Of a stretch of 64,000 nucleotides of DNA, positions 40,452 through 49,256 are shown one piece after another (the first letter of the stretch is position 1; each line of letters starts with the position of its first letter). Origin of the DNA: an uncultured Alistipes sp. GTDB taxonomy: Bacteria; Bacteroidota; Bacteroidia; Bacteroidales; UBA932. Location: assembly GCA_963931615.1 (NCBI GenBank), contig OZ007032.1:458612-522611 (forward strand), read 5' to 3'. Under the pieces are notes generated by a model. It worked only from the letters and a program-made list of their open reading frames with translations. It had not been told where the DNA came from and made no database searches. A program made the translations under genes and the position numbers.

Positions 40452-41362
40452 GATTCTGCCCTCCGTGCTGCTCTGAGTTTGGCGCTGCGGGCCCTGGTGT
40501 TCTGTGCTACCTCGGCATCACTCGGGAGGACAGGCTTGCGGGTAATCACAGAGAAAGGCGATGGTGTGCGGCCGTAGATGTCAGAGCTCTGGCGTCCGGA
40601 CGAATCTCCGCAGCGGAAAAAATTCTTGACCATGCGGTCCTCGAGAGAATGATATGTAATGATGGCTGCTATGCCCCCTGGTCTTAGGCTTTTGGCGATG
40701 CCGCGAAGCAGGTGCTCCAGACTGCGCATCTCTCCGTTTATTTCGATTCTCAGGGCCTGATATATGCGGGCCAGGGTCTTGTGCGGCGCTACAGGCGGGA
40801 GGATGCTTTCAATGGCGGCGTTGAGATCGGCGGTGGTCCGGATAGGGCTTTTCTCCCTGGCTGTACAGATGAGGGATGCGATTTTCCGGCTGCCGTCCAC
40901 CTCTCCGTAGATGTGGAGAATGTCGGCCAGACGTTCCTGCGTACAGGTGTTCAGCAGGTCGGCGGCGCTTTCTCCTGCGGAGGTGTTCATCCTCATGTCC
41001 AAAGGAGCGTCGAAACGGAATGAAAAGCCTCTTTCCGGCGTGTCGAATTGATGGGATGATACCCCAAGGTCTGCCAGAATGCCGTCTACGGCGCGGTCGC
41101 AACCTAGGTTCCGGACGTGGTTGTGTATAAATCTGAAATTGCTGCGGACAGCTGTTACACGGCTGTCCTGCGGGGCGTTGGCTATCGCGTCCGGGTCCAT
41201 GTCCAGGCAGATCAGCCGGCCCTCGGGTCCAAGCTTTGAGAGGATGGCACGGCTGTGCCCTCCGCCGCCCAGCGTGGCGTCGATGTAGACACCGCTGGGG
41301 GTCACCTCAAGTATGTCGACGCTCTCCCGGAGCATGACCGGTATGTGATACGCGTTGTTCAT
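40448..41362 (-). CDS. rsmH: 16S rRNA (cytosine1402-N4)-methyltransferase
   Basis: The ATG at 41362 gives MNNAYHIPVMLRESVD...DATLGGGGHS. The track start at 41479 would overlap mraZ. Confidence 0.93.
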   Translation of the reverse strand: MNNAYHIPVMLRESVDILEVTPSGVYIDATLGGGGHSRAILSKLGPEGRLICLDMDPDAIANAPQDSRVTAVRSNFRFIHNHVRNLGCDRAVDGILADLGVSSHQFDTPERGFSFRFDAPLDMRMNTSAGESAADLLNTCTQERLADILHIYGEVDGSRKIASLICTAREKSPIRTTADLNAAIESILPPVAPHKTLARIYQALRIEINGEMRSLEHLLRGIAKSLRPGGIAAIITYHSLEDRMVKNFFRCGDSSGRQSSDIYGRTPSPFSVITRKPVLPSDAEVAQNTRARSAKLRAARRAES

Positions 41363-41381
41363 CGTCGTCTGTCGGAACTTG

Positions 41382-41828
41382 TTATCCCAGTATCTTCTCG
41401 GCCAGAGCCGTGAATTCCTCATCAGGCATGACAGAAATCTCGTATTTCTCACGTGCCCATAGCTCAATCTTGTGGTCATTGCCTGCGAACACCACTTCTT
41501 TCTCTACGCCGATGCTGTCGAGCAGGGAACGGGGAATGGATATACGTCCGAGCTTGCCGTCAGGCTCTACCATGGCACGTCCGCTCATGTAGCCGCGCCA
41601 GAATGCAGCGTGCTCGCGGTTGAAGAAATTGAGCCTGGACTTAATCTCGTCGGACTCCCGTTCCCATTCCTGGTAGGTGTATATGTCGAGGCATGGGGCA
41701 AAGAGGTTTTTCTTCACCACCAGAAGCATCGGCTGGCTGCTGTCCATGAGGGCCTTGAATGCCGATGGAAATACCAGTCTGCCCTTGTCGTCGGTCTTGG
41801 CTCTGTATTCTCCTACAAACTTTGTCAT
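41382..41828 (-). CDS. mraZ: Transcriptional regulator MraZ
   Basis: The ATG at 41828 gives MTKFVGEYRAKTDDKGRLVFPSAF. A second DGKLGRISIPRSL repeat (two SpoVT/AbrB-like halves) is present. Confidence 0.9.
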   Translation of the reverse strand: MTKFVGEYRAKTDDKGRLVFPSAFKALMDSSQPMLLVVKKNLFAPCLDIYTYQEWERESDEIKSRLNFFNREHAAFWRGYMSGRAMVEPDGKLGRISIPRSLLDSIGVEKEVVFAGNDHKIELWAREKYEISVMPDEEFTALAEKILG

Positions 41829-41833
41829 GCCTG

Positions 41834-41841
41834 CAAAATTA
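41834..41841 (-). promoter_or_regulatory. Putative -7 box (TAATTTTG) of the mraZ/dcw promoter
   Basis: The minus strand reads TAATTTTG-CAGGC-ATG, an exact TAnnTTTG match 5 nt before the mraZ ATG. Confidence 0.35.
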
Positions 41842-41850
41842 GTAAAAGAT

Positions 41851-41890
41851 TTTACATATTTTTCCACTTTATTACAATTTTTTCCACAAT
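41851..41890 (-). repeat. Two tandem 20-bp direct repeats carrying GTGG motifs upstream of mraZ (candidate MraZ operator)
   Basis: On the plus strand, 41851..41870 is tttacatatttttccacttt and 41871..41890 is attacaattttttccacaat. They match at 15 of 20 positions. On the mraZ strand each unit reads (A/T)TGTAA..(A)GTGGAAAAA. Confidence 0.5.
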
Positions 41891-41904
41891 TTCAAAATAT
41901 TTTC

Positions 41905-41912
41905 TATTTTTG
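41905..41912 (+). promoter_or_regulatory. Putative -7 box (TATTTTTG) for the divergent M23 peptidase gene
   Basis: Exact TAnnTTTG match ending 4 nt before the ATG at 41917. Confidence 0.35.
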
Positions 41913-41916
41913 TTTC

Positions 41917-43323
41917 ATGAAAATTCAGGAGTTAAAGGATAAGTTATTGTCTGACAGAATATTCAAAGGTGTTGTCTACGGTGTCCTCGGGACGCTGGCA
42001 ATCGAATTCATAATTTTACTGATAATATTTTCTATCAGGGCTTTGCCCGACCGGTCCGTCAGGGAGGCCCGGCAAGAGGAAAGACGGGAACTCCGTCAGG
42101 AAAGAAAAGATATTGAAACTGGCGGAGTGAACGGAAGCGCAGAGGTGCCGCAGGAGGCAGACTCTGTCTCGGAAGTATATGAGTACAATATCCCCATATC
42201 CAGGTTCCGGAAGGTGGAAGGCTCAATCCGCAGGGGAGAGTTTTTCTCAACGCTGATGACGCGTCTCGGAGCATCCCAGAGTGATATTTATGCATTGGAT
42301 GCCAAGTCCAAGGGAGTGTTCGATATGCGTCAGATAAAGGTAGGCTACCATTATCATGCCTATTATGCTCCTGGAGAGCCGGATACACTTGCATATGTGG
42401 TCTATGAGAAAGACAATGCGTCGTACGTGGTCTTTTCTCTGCGGGATTCTCTTTCCGTTCAGGTGTTCGAGAAAGACATAACCAGTGAGATAGATTATGT
42501 GGAGGTGGAGATTAACTACTCTCTGTGGCAGGACATCATTGACGCCGGAGCACCGGCCCTGCTGGCCATATCCCTTGCCGATATCTATGCATGGAGCATA
42601 GATTTCTTCGGCCTTCAGAAAGGAGATTCGTTCCGGGCTGTTTATGAAAAGATCGTGTGTGACGGAGAAATTCTGGATGTGGAGAAAGTGCTTTATGCGG
42701 AGTTCCGTCACGGAGGTGATGCGTACAGGTCATACTGGTTTGACAACGGAACGGGCAATTACTATTGGAACGAGAAAGGAGAGAGTATGCGCAAGGCTTT
42801 TCTGAAAGCGCCTCTGAGTTATACCCGTATCAGTTCCGGCTTTACTTACAGCCGCCGTCATCCCATTACCCGGAAAGTGCGCCCTCACACCGGTATCGAT
42901 TATGCGGCTCCGACCGGGACGGAGGTTATGAGCATAGGCGATGGAGTTGTGGTTTATAAGGGTTACAAACGGGCTGAGGGCAATATGGTCAAGATCAAGC
43001 ATAATTCTGTGTATACATCGGCCTACCTGCATCTGTCCCGTTATGGCAAGGGCCTCAATGTGGGAGACCGCGTCCGTCAGGGACAGGTCATCGGATATGT
43101 CGGCAGTACGGGCTATTCGACAGGACCTCATTTGGATTTCCGTATCTGGAAGAACGGTACTCCGATTAATCCGCTCAAGATGGAGTCACCGCCCGCCGAG
43201 CCTTTGGCGGAGGCGGATATGCCGGCTTTCAAGGAGTCAATGAGCGATTCCGAACATGCCGCTTCACGTTTCCTGGCGCGTGAGGCTGTGCGTAGGGCTG
43301 CTTCACGCCTTACAAGAAATTGA
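41917..43323 (+). CDS. M23-family (LytM-type) peptidoglycan metalloendopeptidase
   Basis: The ATG at 41917 gives MKIQELKDKLL plus a TM. C-terminal HTGIDYAAPTGTEV...GSTGYSTGPHLDF (the HxxxD and HxH motifs). The track ORF starting at 41677 overlaps mraZ on the opposite strand. Confidence 0.88.
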   Translation: MKIQELKDKLLSDRIFKGVVYGVLGTLAIEFIILLIIFSIRALPDRSVREARQEERRELRQERKDIETGGVNGSAEVPQEADSVSEVYEYNIPISRFRKVEGSIRRGEFFSTLMTRLGASQSDIYALDAKSKGVFDMRQIKVGYHYHAYYAPGEPDTLAYVVYEKDNASYVVFSLRDSLSVQVFEKDITSEIDYVEVEINYSLWQDIIDAGAPALLAISLADIYAWSIDFFGLQKGDSFRAVYEKIVCDGEILDVEKVLYAEFRHGGDAYRSYWFDNGTGNYYWNEKGESMRKAFLKAPLSYTRISSGFTYSRRHPITRKVRPHTGIDYAAPTGTEVMSIGDGVVVYKGYKRAEGNMVKIKHNSVYTSAYLHLSRYGKGLNVGDRVRQGQVIGYVGSTGYSTGPHLDFRIWKNGTPINPLKMESPPAEPLAEADMPAFKESMSDSEHAASRFLAREAVRRAASRLTRN

Positions 43324-43352
43324 ACTGCAGTTATAATTATTTAAAAATTTCT

Positions 43353-43360
43353 TATATTTG
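43353..43360 (+). promoter_or_regulatory. Putative -7 box (TATATTTG) upstream of efp
   Basis: Exact TAnnTTTG match 20 nt upstream of the efp ATG. Confidence 0.35.
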
Positions 43361-43380
43361 CGCACTATTTTTCAAGATTT

Positions 43381-43950
43381 ATGGCAACAACAGCAGATTT
43401 CAAGAACGGACTGTATTTCAATTATGAAGGTAAACCAGTGTCAATCATTTGGTTTCAGCATGTAAAACCCGGCAAGGGTCCTGCGTTCGTCAAGACCAAG
43501 CTCCGCAATCTGGAGAATGGTAAAATCCTCGACAGGACATTCACGGCAGGCGAGAAAATCGAGCCCATCAATGTGGAGCGCAGACCTTATACTTATCTCT
43601 ACAAGGATGATATGGGATTCAATTTCATGCATACCGAGACTTACGAGCAGGTCAGCATTCCAGAAGAGATGGTGGAGAACGCCGATCTTATGAAGGAAGG
43701 ACAGTATGTGGAGATGATGTTCCTTGCCGATGAGGAGAAATGCCTCACATGTGAGCTTCCGACCTATGTAGAGCTGGAGGTGACTTATACCGAGCCCGCC
43801 GTGAAAGGTGATACGGCTTCCAGCAATGCTCTTAAGGCAGCAACGCTGGAGACAGGCGCTGAGATTATGGTTCCTCTGTTTATCAATCAGGGAGACAAAA
43901 TCCGTGTCAACACTGTTGACCGCAGCTATGGCGAGCGCGTGAAAGAGTAA
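43381..43950 (+). CDS. efp: Translation elongation factor P
   Basis: FQHVKPGKGPAFVKTKLRN loop motif; 189 aa. Confidence 0.95.
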   Translation: MATTADFKNGLYFNYEGKPVSIIWFQHVKPGKGPAFVKTKLRNLENGKILDRTFTAGEKIEPINVERRPYTYLYKDDMGFNFMHTETYEQVSIPEEMVENADLMKEGQYVEMMFLADEEKCLTCELPTYVELEVTYTEPAVKGDTASSNALKAATLETGAEIMVPLFINQGDKIRVNTVDRSYGERVKE

Positions 43951-43983
43951 GACCTGAACTGGCCTGAAGAATCTGTCCAAAAG

Positions 43984-44020
43984 AGAGAGACTGCGGCGTG
44001 CCCGTTCAGTCTCTCTTTTT
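43984..44020 (+). terminator. Rho-independent terminator after efp
   Basis: A 10-bp stem, agagagactg (43984..43993) pairing with cagtctctct (44007..44016), with a 13-nt loop and then TTTT. It overlaps the last codons of the convergent methyltransferase gene. Confidence 0.55.
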
Positions 44021-44617
44021 ATTTATTACGGCCAGTCCGTCACGTACTGGTATGATTACGGTCTCTACCCTGGGATCGCTGCGGACTGTGTTGTTGAAAT
44101 CCATTATCGCTTTGGTCTGGCAGTCAGCCGGAGGGTTCTCAAGTGAGGTCTTCCCGCTCCACAGGACGTTGTCTGTGAGAATATAGCCTCCAGGCCGGAC
44201 CTTGTCGAAAATCTGGTCATAGAATGTGTGATACAGGCGTTTGTCGGCATCGATGTAGACGATGTCATAAGGTCCTGTCAGGGACGGGAGCAGCCTGGTG
44301 GCATCGGCTTGGTAAGTGTGGATGAATCCTGACGCTCCGGCTATTTCGAATGCGCGTGTGAAGATGTCGGTCATCTCGTCGTCTTTCTCTATGGTGTCCA
44401 CGCGGCCTCCGGGACGCAGTCCTCGTGCCAGGCACAGGGTCGCGTAGCCGGTAAAAGTTCCAATCTCCAGTACGGCATCCGGTCTTACCATAAGGGAGAA
44501 TGCCTGAAGGAACTCTCCTTGAGTACCGTCTGAGAGCATTCTGTAGGATTTGGTCCTGAGATGAGTCTCTTTTTCTATGAAAGCGAGGGCGGTTTTAAGT
44601 CTGAAGGGCTCGATCAT
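44006..44617 (-). CDS. Class I SAM-dependent O-methyltransferase (caffeoyl-CoA OMT-like)
   Basis: VLEIGTFTGYATLCLA (SAM motif I) and IVYIDADK; 203 aa. Confidence 0.85.
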   Translation of the reverse strand: MIEPFRLKTALAFIEKETHLRTKSYRMLSDGTQGEFLQAFSLMVRPDAVLEIGTFTGYATLCLARGLRPGGRVDTIEKDDEMTDIFTRAFEIAGASGFIHTYQADATRLLPSLTGPYDIVYIDADKRLYHTFYDQIFDKVRPGGYILTDNVLWSGKTSLENPPADCQTKAIMDFNNTVRSDPRVETVIIPVRDGLAVINKKRD

Positions 44618-44635
44618 GATTTGTGTCAGATGCTG

Positions 44636-45874
44636 TTAGATGTATATCAGCCTGGAAAGTCCTGTGGGGTCGAATACTTCGGCCGCAGTGCTGCGCAAGT
44701 CTTCAGCAGTAATGGCTTCCACCATTTCTGTAGTTTCGGTGCTGCTGATGACGCGGCCGTATGTCATAAGGCTTTTCCCCATGCTCAGGACTTGTGCCTC
44801 GCCGTTGTCGGAGGCAATGGCCATCTGGCCCAGCAGCTGCTTCTTGGCCCAGTTGAGGGCCCTTGAAGACAACAGGTCTTCGCGCAGTCCTGTCAGAACC
44901 CGCTCTGTCAAAGACAGGCATCGTTCAAGATTTCCTTTCTCACACCCGAAATAGATGGTGGCGATGCCGGCGTCCGAGTAAGGGCCGTATGAGGCTTCTA
45001 CGCTGTAGACCAATCCGTACCGTTCGCGTAGCAGCAGATTAAGGCGGGAGTTGGCGACTGGGCCGCCCAGAATGTTAATCAGCAGGCTGAGCGGGATGCG
45101 GCGGTTGTCGTAGGCAGAGTGCGCCCTGGCACCGATGATGCAGTGGACCTGATGGTTGTGGCGTGCGACTGTGCGGTCAAAGGGGGGATTGGTACGCAGC
45201 AGCGGGATGTCCGGAACGGTCAGTCCTGCTCCTTCTGCCTGAAAGTCTCCGTCCCCGGACAGGCCGGAAATACCGGACCGGGAATATGTTTCCAGGGCTT
45301 TCTCTACCATTTCCATGACTTTCCTTTCTTCCAGGTCCGCTACAACGGTGAAGAACATATTGTCCTCCCTGAACATTTTATGATAGTATTCCATCACTGC
45401 CTGGCGGTCCATTTTCCGCAGGTACCTGGCTTTGCCGAGGACCGGCATTGACAGAGGTGTGCCTTCGAATACAAGTTCCTCGAAGTCATCGTAAATCTGT
45501 TCTGCCGGAGAGTCTTTGTAGGTGCTGATCTCTTCCAGTACCACGCCCCTCTCTTTTTCTATTTCCTTTTCCGGGAATGTGCATCTGAAGGCGATATCCA
45601 TTATCAGGTCCACAGCACGGCGCAGATCTTCCTTGAGCACAGTGGCATGGATCACGGTCTCTTCCTTGGTGGTGTATGCGTTGAGCTCACCTCCCAGTTT
45701 CTCGATGTAGGAGTTTACGGTGCCTGCACTTCTTGTCTCGGTGCCCTTGAAGAGCAGATGCTCAGTAAAATGTGCCAGGCCTCCTTTCCCGGAATCCTCA
45801 TATCTGGTTCCGGTCCTGACATGCAGGGCGCAGTAGGCTACTTGAGACAGACTGCGCTTGAACGCGAATCTCAT
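44636..45874 (-). CDS. M16-family (pitrilysin/insulinase) zinc peptidase
   Basis: The inverted zinc motif HFTEH (HxxEH) in GGLAHFTEHLLFKGT; 412 aa. Confidence 0.88.
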   Translation of the reverse strand: MRFAFKRSLSQVAYCALHVRTGTRYEDSGKGGLAHFTEHLLFKGTETRSAGTVNSYIEKLGGELNAYTTKEETVIHATVLKEDLRRAVDLIMDIAFRCTFPEKEIEKERGVVLEEISTYKDSPAEQIYDDFEELVFEGTPLSMPVLGKARYLRKMDRQAVMEYYHKMFREDNMFFTVVADLEERKVMEMVEKALETYSRSGISGLSGDGDFQAEGAGLTVPDIPLLRTNPPFDRTVARHNHQVHCIIGARAHSAYDNRRIPLSLLINILGGPVANSRLNLLLRERYGLVYSVEASYGPYSDAGIATIYFGCEKGNLERCLSLTERVLTGLREDLLSSRALNWAKKQLLGQMAIASDNGEAQVLSMGKSLMTYGRVISSTETTEMVEAITAEDLRSTAAEVFDPTGLSRLIYI

Positions 45875-46815
45875 TTCTCTTCTTTGGCGACAGTATTGAC
45901 CGGCTTGAAGTCGGGGGTGATGAGTCGGGATATGCGCTTGAGGTCTGATTTCAGGAAGCCGGGCCCTTTTTTGGGTGTGAGCCTGTGCCGCTTCCAGTAG
46001 AGCAGCTCGTATGTGTCCGCGCTGATAATCATTTTGTAGCAGAAAGCCTTGCCGTAGATTTCAGACGGAGCGACAACCAGGGATACCATAGTCCTCGGCG
46101 TGCCTTCAGTCAATGCTTTGTCTATGTCATCCTGCGGGACTTCGTCAGCCCGTCCCCGGAACATACGCTCGAACTCCTGCATGGCCGGCCGGTAAGCCAG
46201 GTCCCCTTTGCGGAAGAGGACTTTGGTACTGCGGCTTTTCTCGAAAGCTCCTGTCTGGATTGCGCCGTTCTTGAACGGGTAAATCCTGCCGTCGACTATT
46301 TTCTGCAGATAGTTCTGAATGATATTCATGTAAGCCGGCAGGTAAGAGTATATGCGGTCGCTGTTGTCATTCTCAGGGAAAAGAGGAAGTGCTATGAGTT
46401 CCGGCATGGCGGAAATATCGTCTGATGCCTTTTCATTACCTTTAAGAAAGCATACAAACTCCATTGCGGGGTCGTTTTCGCTGCGGTGCATTTTGTCCAG
46501 TCGCATCAGAAAGTAGTAATTGGTGTCGGTCTTGATACGGTCAAACTCTTCGTAGTCGCAGAACTCGAAGGGGGAGATGTTCCAGCTCTTCTCAACTGCA
46601 CTCTTGAAAATCAGGTCTGTCATAGAATTGTCTCCGGCTATGACTACTTTGGTCATCCGGGCCGGTAAGTCTCCGTAATATTCTCTGCCGGACTCGACTT
46701 TCTGGTTCTCGAACTGTTTGATCTCCATGTCGGGACGGGTCTCCTGTGCTGTCACGGGGAGGGCTGCGAGCAGGGGCAGCAGGAATGCAAAGATTCTTTT
46801 CATTTCAGAGTTCAT
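45871..46815 (-). CDS. Hypothetical exported protein, translationally coupled to the M16 peptidase
   Basis: Signal peptide MKRIFAFLLPLLAALPVTAQ. The start is taken at ATG 46815 or ATG 46803. No family recognised. 4-nt overlap with the start of the M16 gene. Confidence 0.6.
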   Translation of the reverse strand: MNSEMKRIFAFLLPLLAALPVTAQETRPDMEIKQFENQKVESGREYYGDLPARMTKVVIAGDNSMTDLIFKSAVEKSWNISPFEFCDYEEFDRIKTDTNYYFLMRLDKMHRSENDPAMEFVCFLKGNEKASDDISAMPELIALPLFPENDNSDRIYSYLPAYMNIIQNYLQKIVDGRIYPFKNGAIQTGAFEKSRSTKVLFRKGDLAYRPAMQEFERMFRGRADEVPQDDIDKALTEGTPRTMVSLVVAPSEIYGKAFCYKMIISADTYELLYWKRHRLTPKKGPGFLKSDLKRISRLITPDFKPVNTVAKEEK

Positions 46816-46848
46816 ATTAAATTTCTGCAAAAGTAGATAAAATATGTG

Positions 46849-46856
46849 TATTTTTG
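46849..46856 (+). promoter_or_regulatory. Putative -7 box (TATTTTTG) for cmk
   Basis: Exact TAnnTTTG match ending 5 nt before the ATG at 46862. Confidence 0.35.
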
Positions 46857-46861
46857 TACTT

Positions 46862-47575
46862 ATGACTTCACCTATTATCATAGCCGTCGACGGTTACTCT
46901 TCCACGGGAAAGAGCACATTCGCCAAAGCTATAGCGAAAGAGCTGGGCTACATATACATTGATACCGGAGCCATGTACCGGGCCGTAACCCTTCTGGCTC
47001 TTAGGAATGGACTTGTATCCAAAAATAATACCATAGAACCGGACAGCCTGAGTGAAATGCTGTCCCGAGGCTCCTGTCCGGTGGATATATCATTCAGAAC
47101 ATCAGGTCCGGGCGGAGCCAGTGAAACCTGGCTGAACGGGGAAAATGTAGAGCGGGATATCCGTACTCTCGGGATTTCCAAAGTGGTGAGCTATGTGGCC
47201 GCTGTTCCGGCTGTGCGTCACTATGTCGACAGACGTCTGAGGGAGATAGGCTCCCGAAAAGGGGTCGTTATGGACGGTCGTGATATAGGAACTGCCGTAT
47301 TTCCGGATGCGGAACTAAAGATATTCATGACGGCGAGGCCGGAGGTGCGGGCCAGGCGCCGTTTTGACGAAATGTGCTCCAATGGACAGCATCCTTCGTA
47401 TGAGGAGGTTCTCAGCAATATCAAGGAACGGGATTATATGGACGAACACCGGCAGACAGCACCCCTGGCCCGTGCTGCTGATGCAGTTCTGTTGGACAAC
47501 AGCGATATGAGCGTAGAGGACCAGATTCTGTGGTTCAAGGACTTATTAATGCGGAGGCATCTATGCGGGTACTGA
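46862..47575 (+). CDS. cmk: Cytidylate kinase
   Basis: MTSPIIIAVDGYSSTGKST (P-loop) and DTGAMYRA. There is an alternative ATG at 46844. Confidence 0.92.
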   Translation: MTSPIIIAVDGYSSTGKSTFAKAIAKELGYIYIDTGAMYRAVTLLALRNGLVSKNNTIEPDSLSEMLSRGSCPVDISFRTSGPGGASETWLNGENVERDIRTLGISKVVSYVAAVPAVRHYVDRRLREIGSRKGVVMDGRDIGTAVFPDAELKIFMTARPEVRARRRFDEMCSNGQHPSYEEVLSNIKERDYMDEHRQTAPLARAADAVLLDNSDMSVEDQILWFKDLLMRRHLCGY

Positions 47576-48477
47576 TAGACGTGGGTTCCGGCTGCTGCAA
47601 CGGAGTCGGTCGGGCTATTTCCACTGCGGAACAATATCTGGCAGATCACGATGTACTTTATTCTTTAGGTGCAATAGTGCATAATGATGCGGAGATTCAG
47701 CGCTTGGCCGGTCTGGGTCTACGGACGGTCGGGTATGCTGATTTACCCTCCCTCCGTGGATCGACTGTGCTCATACGGGCTCATGGAGAACCGCCTTCCA
47801 CATATGCCCTCGCGCGTAAGTCCGGTGTCTCTCTGATAGACTGCACGTGCCCTGTGGTCCTGGCCTTGCAGAAGAGGATTGCCTCCAAGTATGCGGAGTT
47901 GTCTTCGCGTGGAGGTCAGGTGCTGATTTTTGGAAAACGCGGTCATGCTGAGGTCAATGGCCTGGTGGGGCAGACGGATGGTCATGCAGTAGTGGTTGAG
48001 AATATGGAAGACCTGGAAGCAAAGCTGGACTCCGGTGTTGTCAATCCGTCCTGTCCTCTGGCGCTTTTTTCTCAGACCACCAAGGATCCCGAGGAATTCA
48101 CCGCTCTGGCAGCCAGGTTGAGGAAGGAGGTCGGGACTGTTGCGGACGGAACAACATATTCAGGACAATCCTGTTCGGGCGGCCGTGTGGAGGTGTATGA
48201 TACTATCTGCCGGCATGTCTCTTCCCGTCACAAGGCTCTGAAGGCATTCGCCGCTGCCTGCTCGGTCATCATCTTCGTCTGCGGCCGTGAAAGCTCCAAC
48301 GGCAAGGTCCTCTTCGAACTGTGCCGCTCGGTCAATTCCCGTTCTTACAAAGTCGAGAGCGCTGATGAGCTTCCGGCCGGAATCTTCTGTCCCGATGACA
48401 CCGTAGGCATCTGCGGAGCCACTTCCACTACCCGCTGGCAGCTTGAGAAGGTAGCTGCGGCGATTTCCCGCTTATAA
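47563..48477 (+). CDS. ispH: 4-hydroxy-3-methylbut-2-enyl diphosphate reductase
   Basis: The ATG at 47563 gives MRVLIDVGSGCCNGV. Also present: GAIVHN, AHGEPP, DCTCPVV, and conserved Cys residues for the 4Fe-4S cluster. Confidence 0.9.
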   Translation: MRVLIDVGSGCCNGVGRAISTAEQYLADHDVLYSLGAIVHNDAEIQRLAGLGLRTVGYADLPSLRGSTVLIRAHGEPPSTYALARKSGVSLIDCTCPVVLALQKRIASKYAELSSRGGQVLIFGKRGHAEVNGLVGQTDGHAVVVENMEDLEAKLDSGVVNPSCPLALFSQTTKDPEEFTALAARLRKEVGTVADGTTYSGQSCSGGRVEVYDTICRHVSSRHKALKAFAAACSVIIFVCGRESSNGKVLFELCRSVNSRSYKVESADELPAGIFCPDDTVGICGATSTTRWQLEKVAAAISRL

Positions 48478-48489
48478 TGTGCTGAGGAG

Positions 48490-49236
48490 TTAATCGCGCG
48501 GTCGCAGGACGGCTTTTCGAAGTTCGAAGTTCTGGCCGAGGTATTTCTTGCGGACTTCCGGGTTTGAGGCGAGATCCTCGGCGGTACCGCTCTCGAGTAT
48601 GCTGCCTTCGTAGAGGAGGTAGGCGCGGTCTGTGATGGCCAGGGTCTCGTGGACGTTGTGGTCTGTGATGATGATGCCGATATTCTTGGTCTTGAGCTTG
48701 GCGATGATGTGCTGGATGTCCTCGACCGCTATTGGGTCTACACCTGCGAAAGGCTCGTCCAGGAGGATGAACTTGGGGTCGATGGCCAGGGCCCGTGCTA
48801 TCTCGCAGCGGCGGCGCTCGCCTCCGGAGAGCTGGATACCGTAGCTCTTGCGTACCTTGGCGAGACCGAACTCATCGATCAGGGACTCCAGGCGGTCGCG
48901 TCTCTCCTTCTTGGTGAACTTGGAGAATTCCATGACGGACATGATGTTGTTTTCGACCGACATCTTGCGGAAGACTGAGGCCTCCTGGGCCAGGTAGCCG
49001 AGGCCCTTCTGGGCGCGGCGGTACATCGGCAGGTCGGTGATCTCCTCGTCGTCCAGGAAGATGTGCCCGTCATTGGGCTTGATAAGGCCGGTGATCATGT
49101 AGAAGCTTGTGGTCTTGCCGGCCCCGTTTGGACCGAGCAGACCCACTATCTCGCCCTGCTCGACGTTGATGGATACGCCTTTTACGACTGTGCGGGCTCC
49201 GTATTTTTTTACCAGGTTCTCGCTGTAGAGTTTCAT
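48490..49236 (-). CDS. lptB: LPS export ABC transporter ATP-binding protein
   Basis: [12 protein letters not shown] (Walker A), LSGGERRR (signature) and ILLDEP (Walker B); 248 aa. Confidence 0.9.
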   Translation of the reverse strand: MKLYSENLVKKYGARTVVKGVSINVEQGEIVGLLGPNGAGKTTSFYMITGLIKPNDGHIFLDDEEITDLPMYRRAQKGLGYLAQEASVFRKMSVENNIMSVMEFSKFTKKERRDRLESLIDEFGLAKVRKSYGIQLSGGERRRCEIARALAIDPKFILLDEPFAGVDPIAVEDIQHIIAKLKTKNIGIIITDHNVHETLAITDRAYLLYEGSILESGTAEDLASNPEVRKKYLGQNFELRKAVLRPRD

Positions 49237-49256
49237 TGTCGGAAATGTATTCTATG

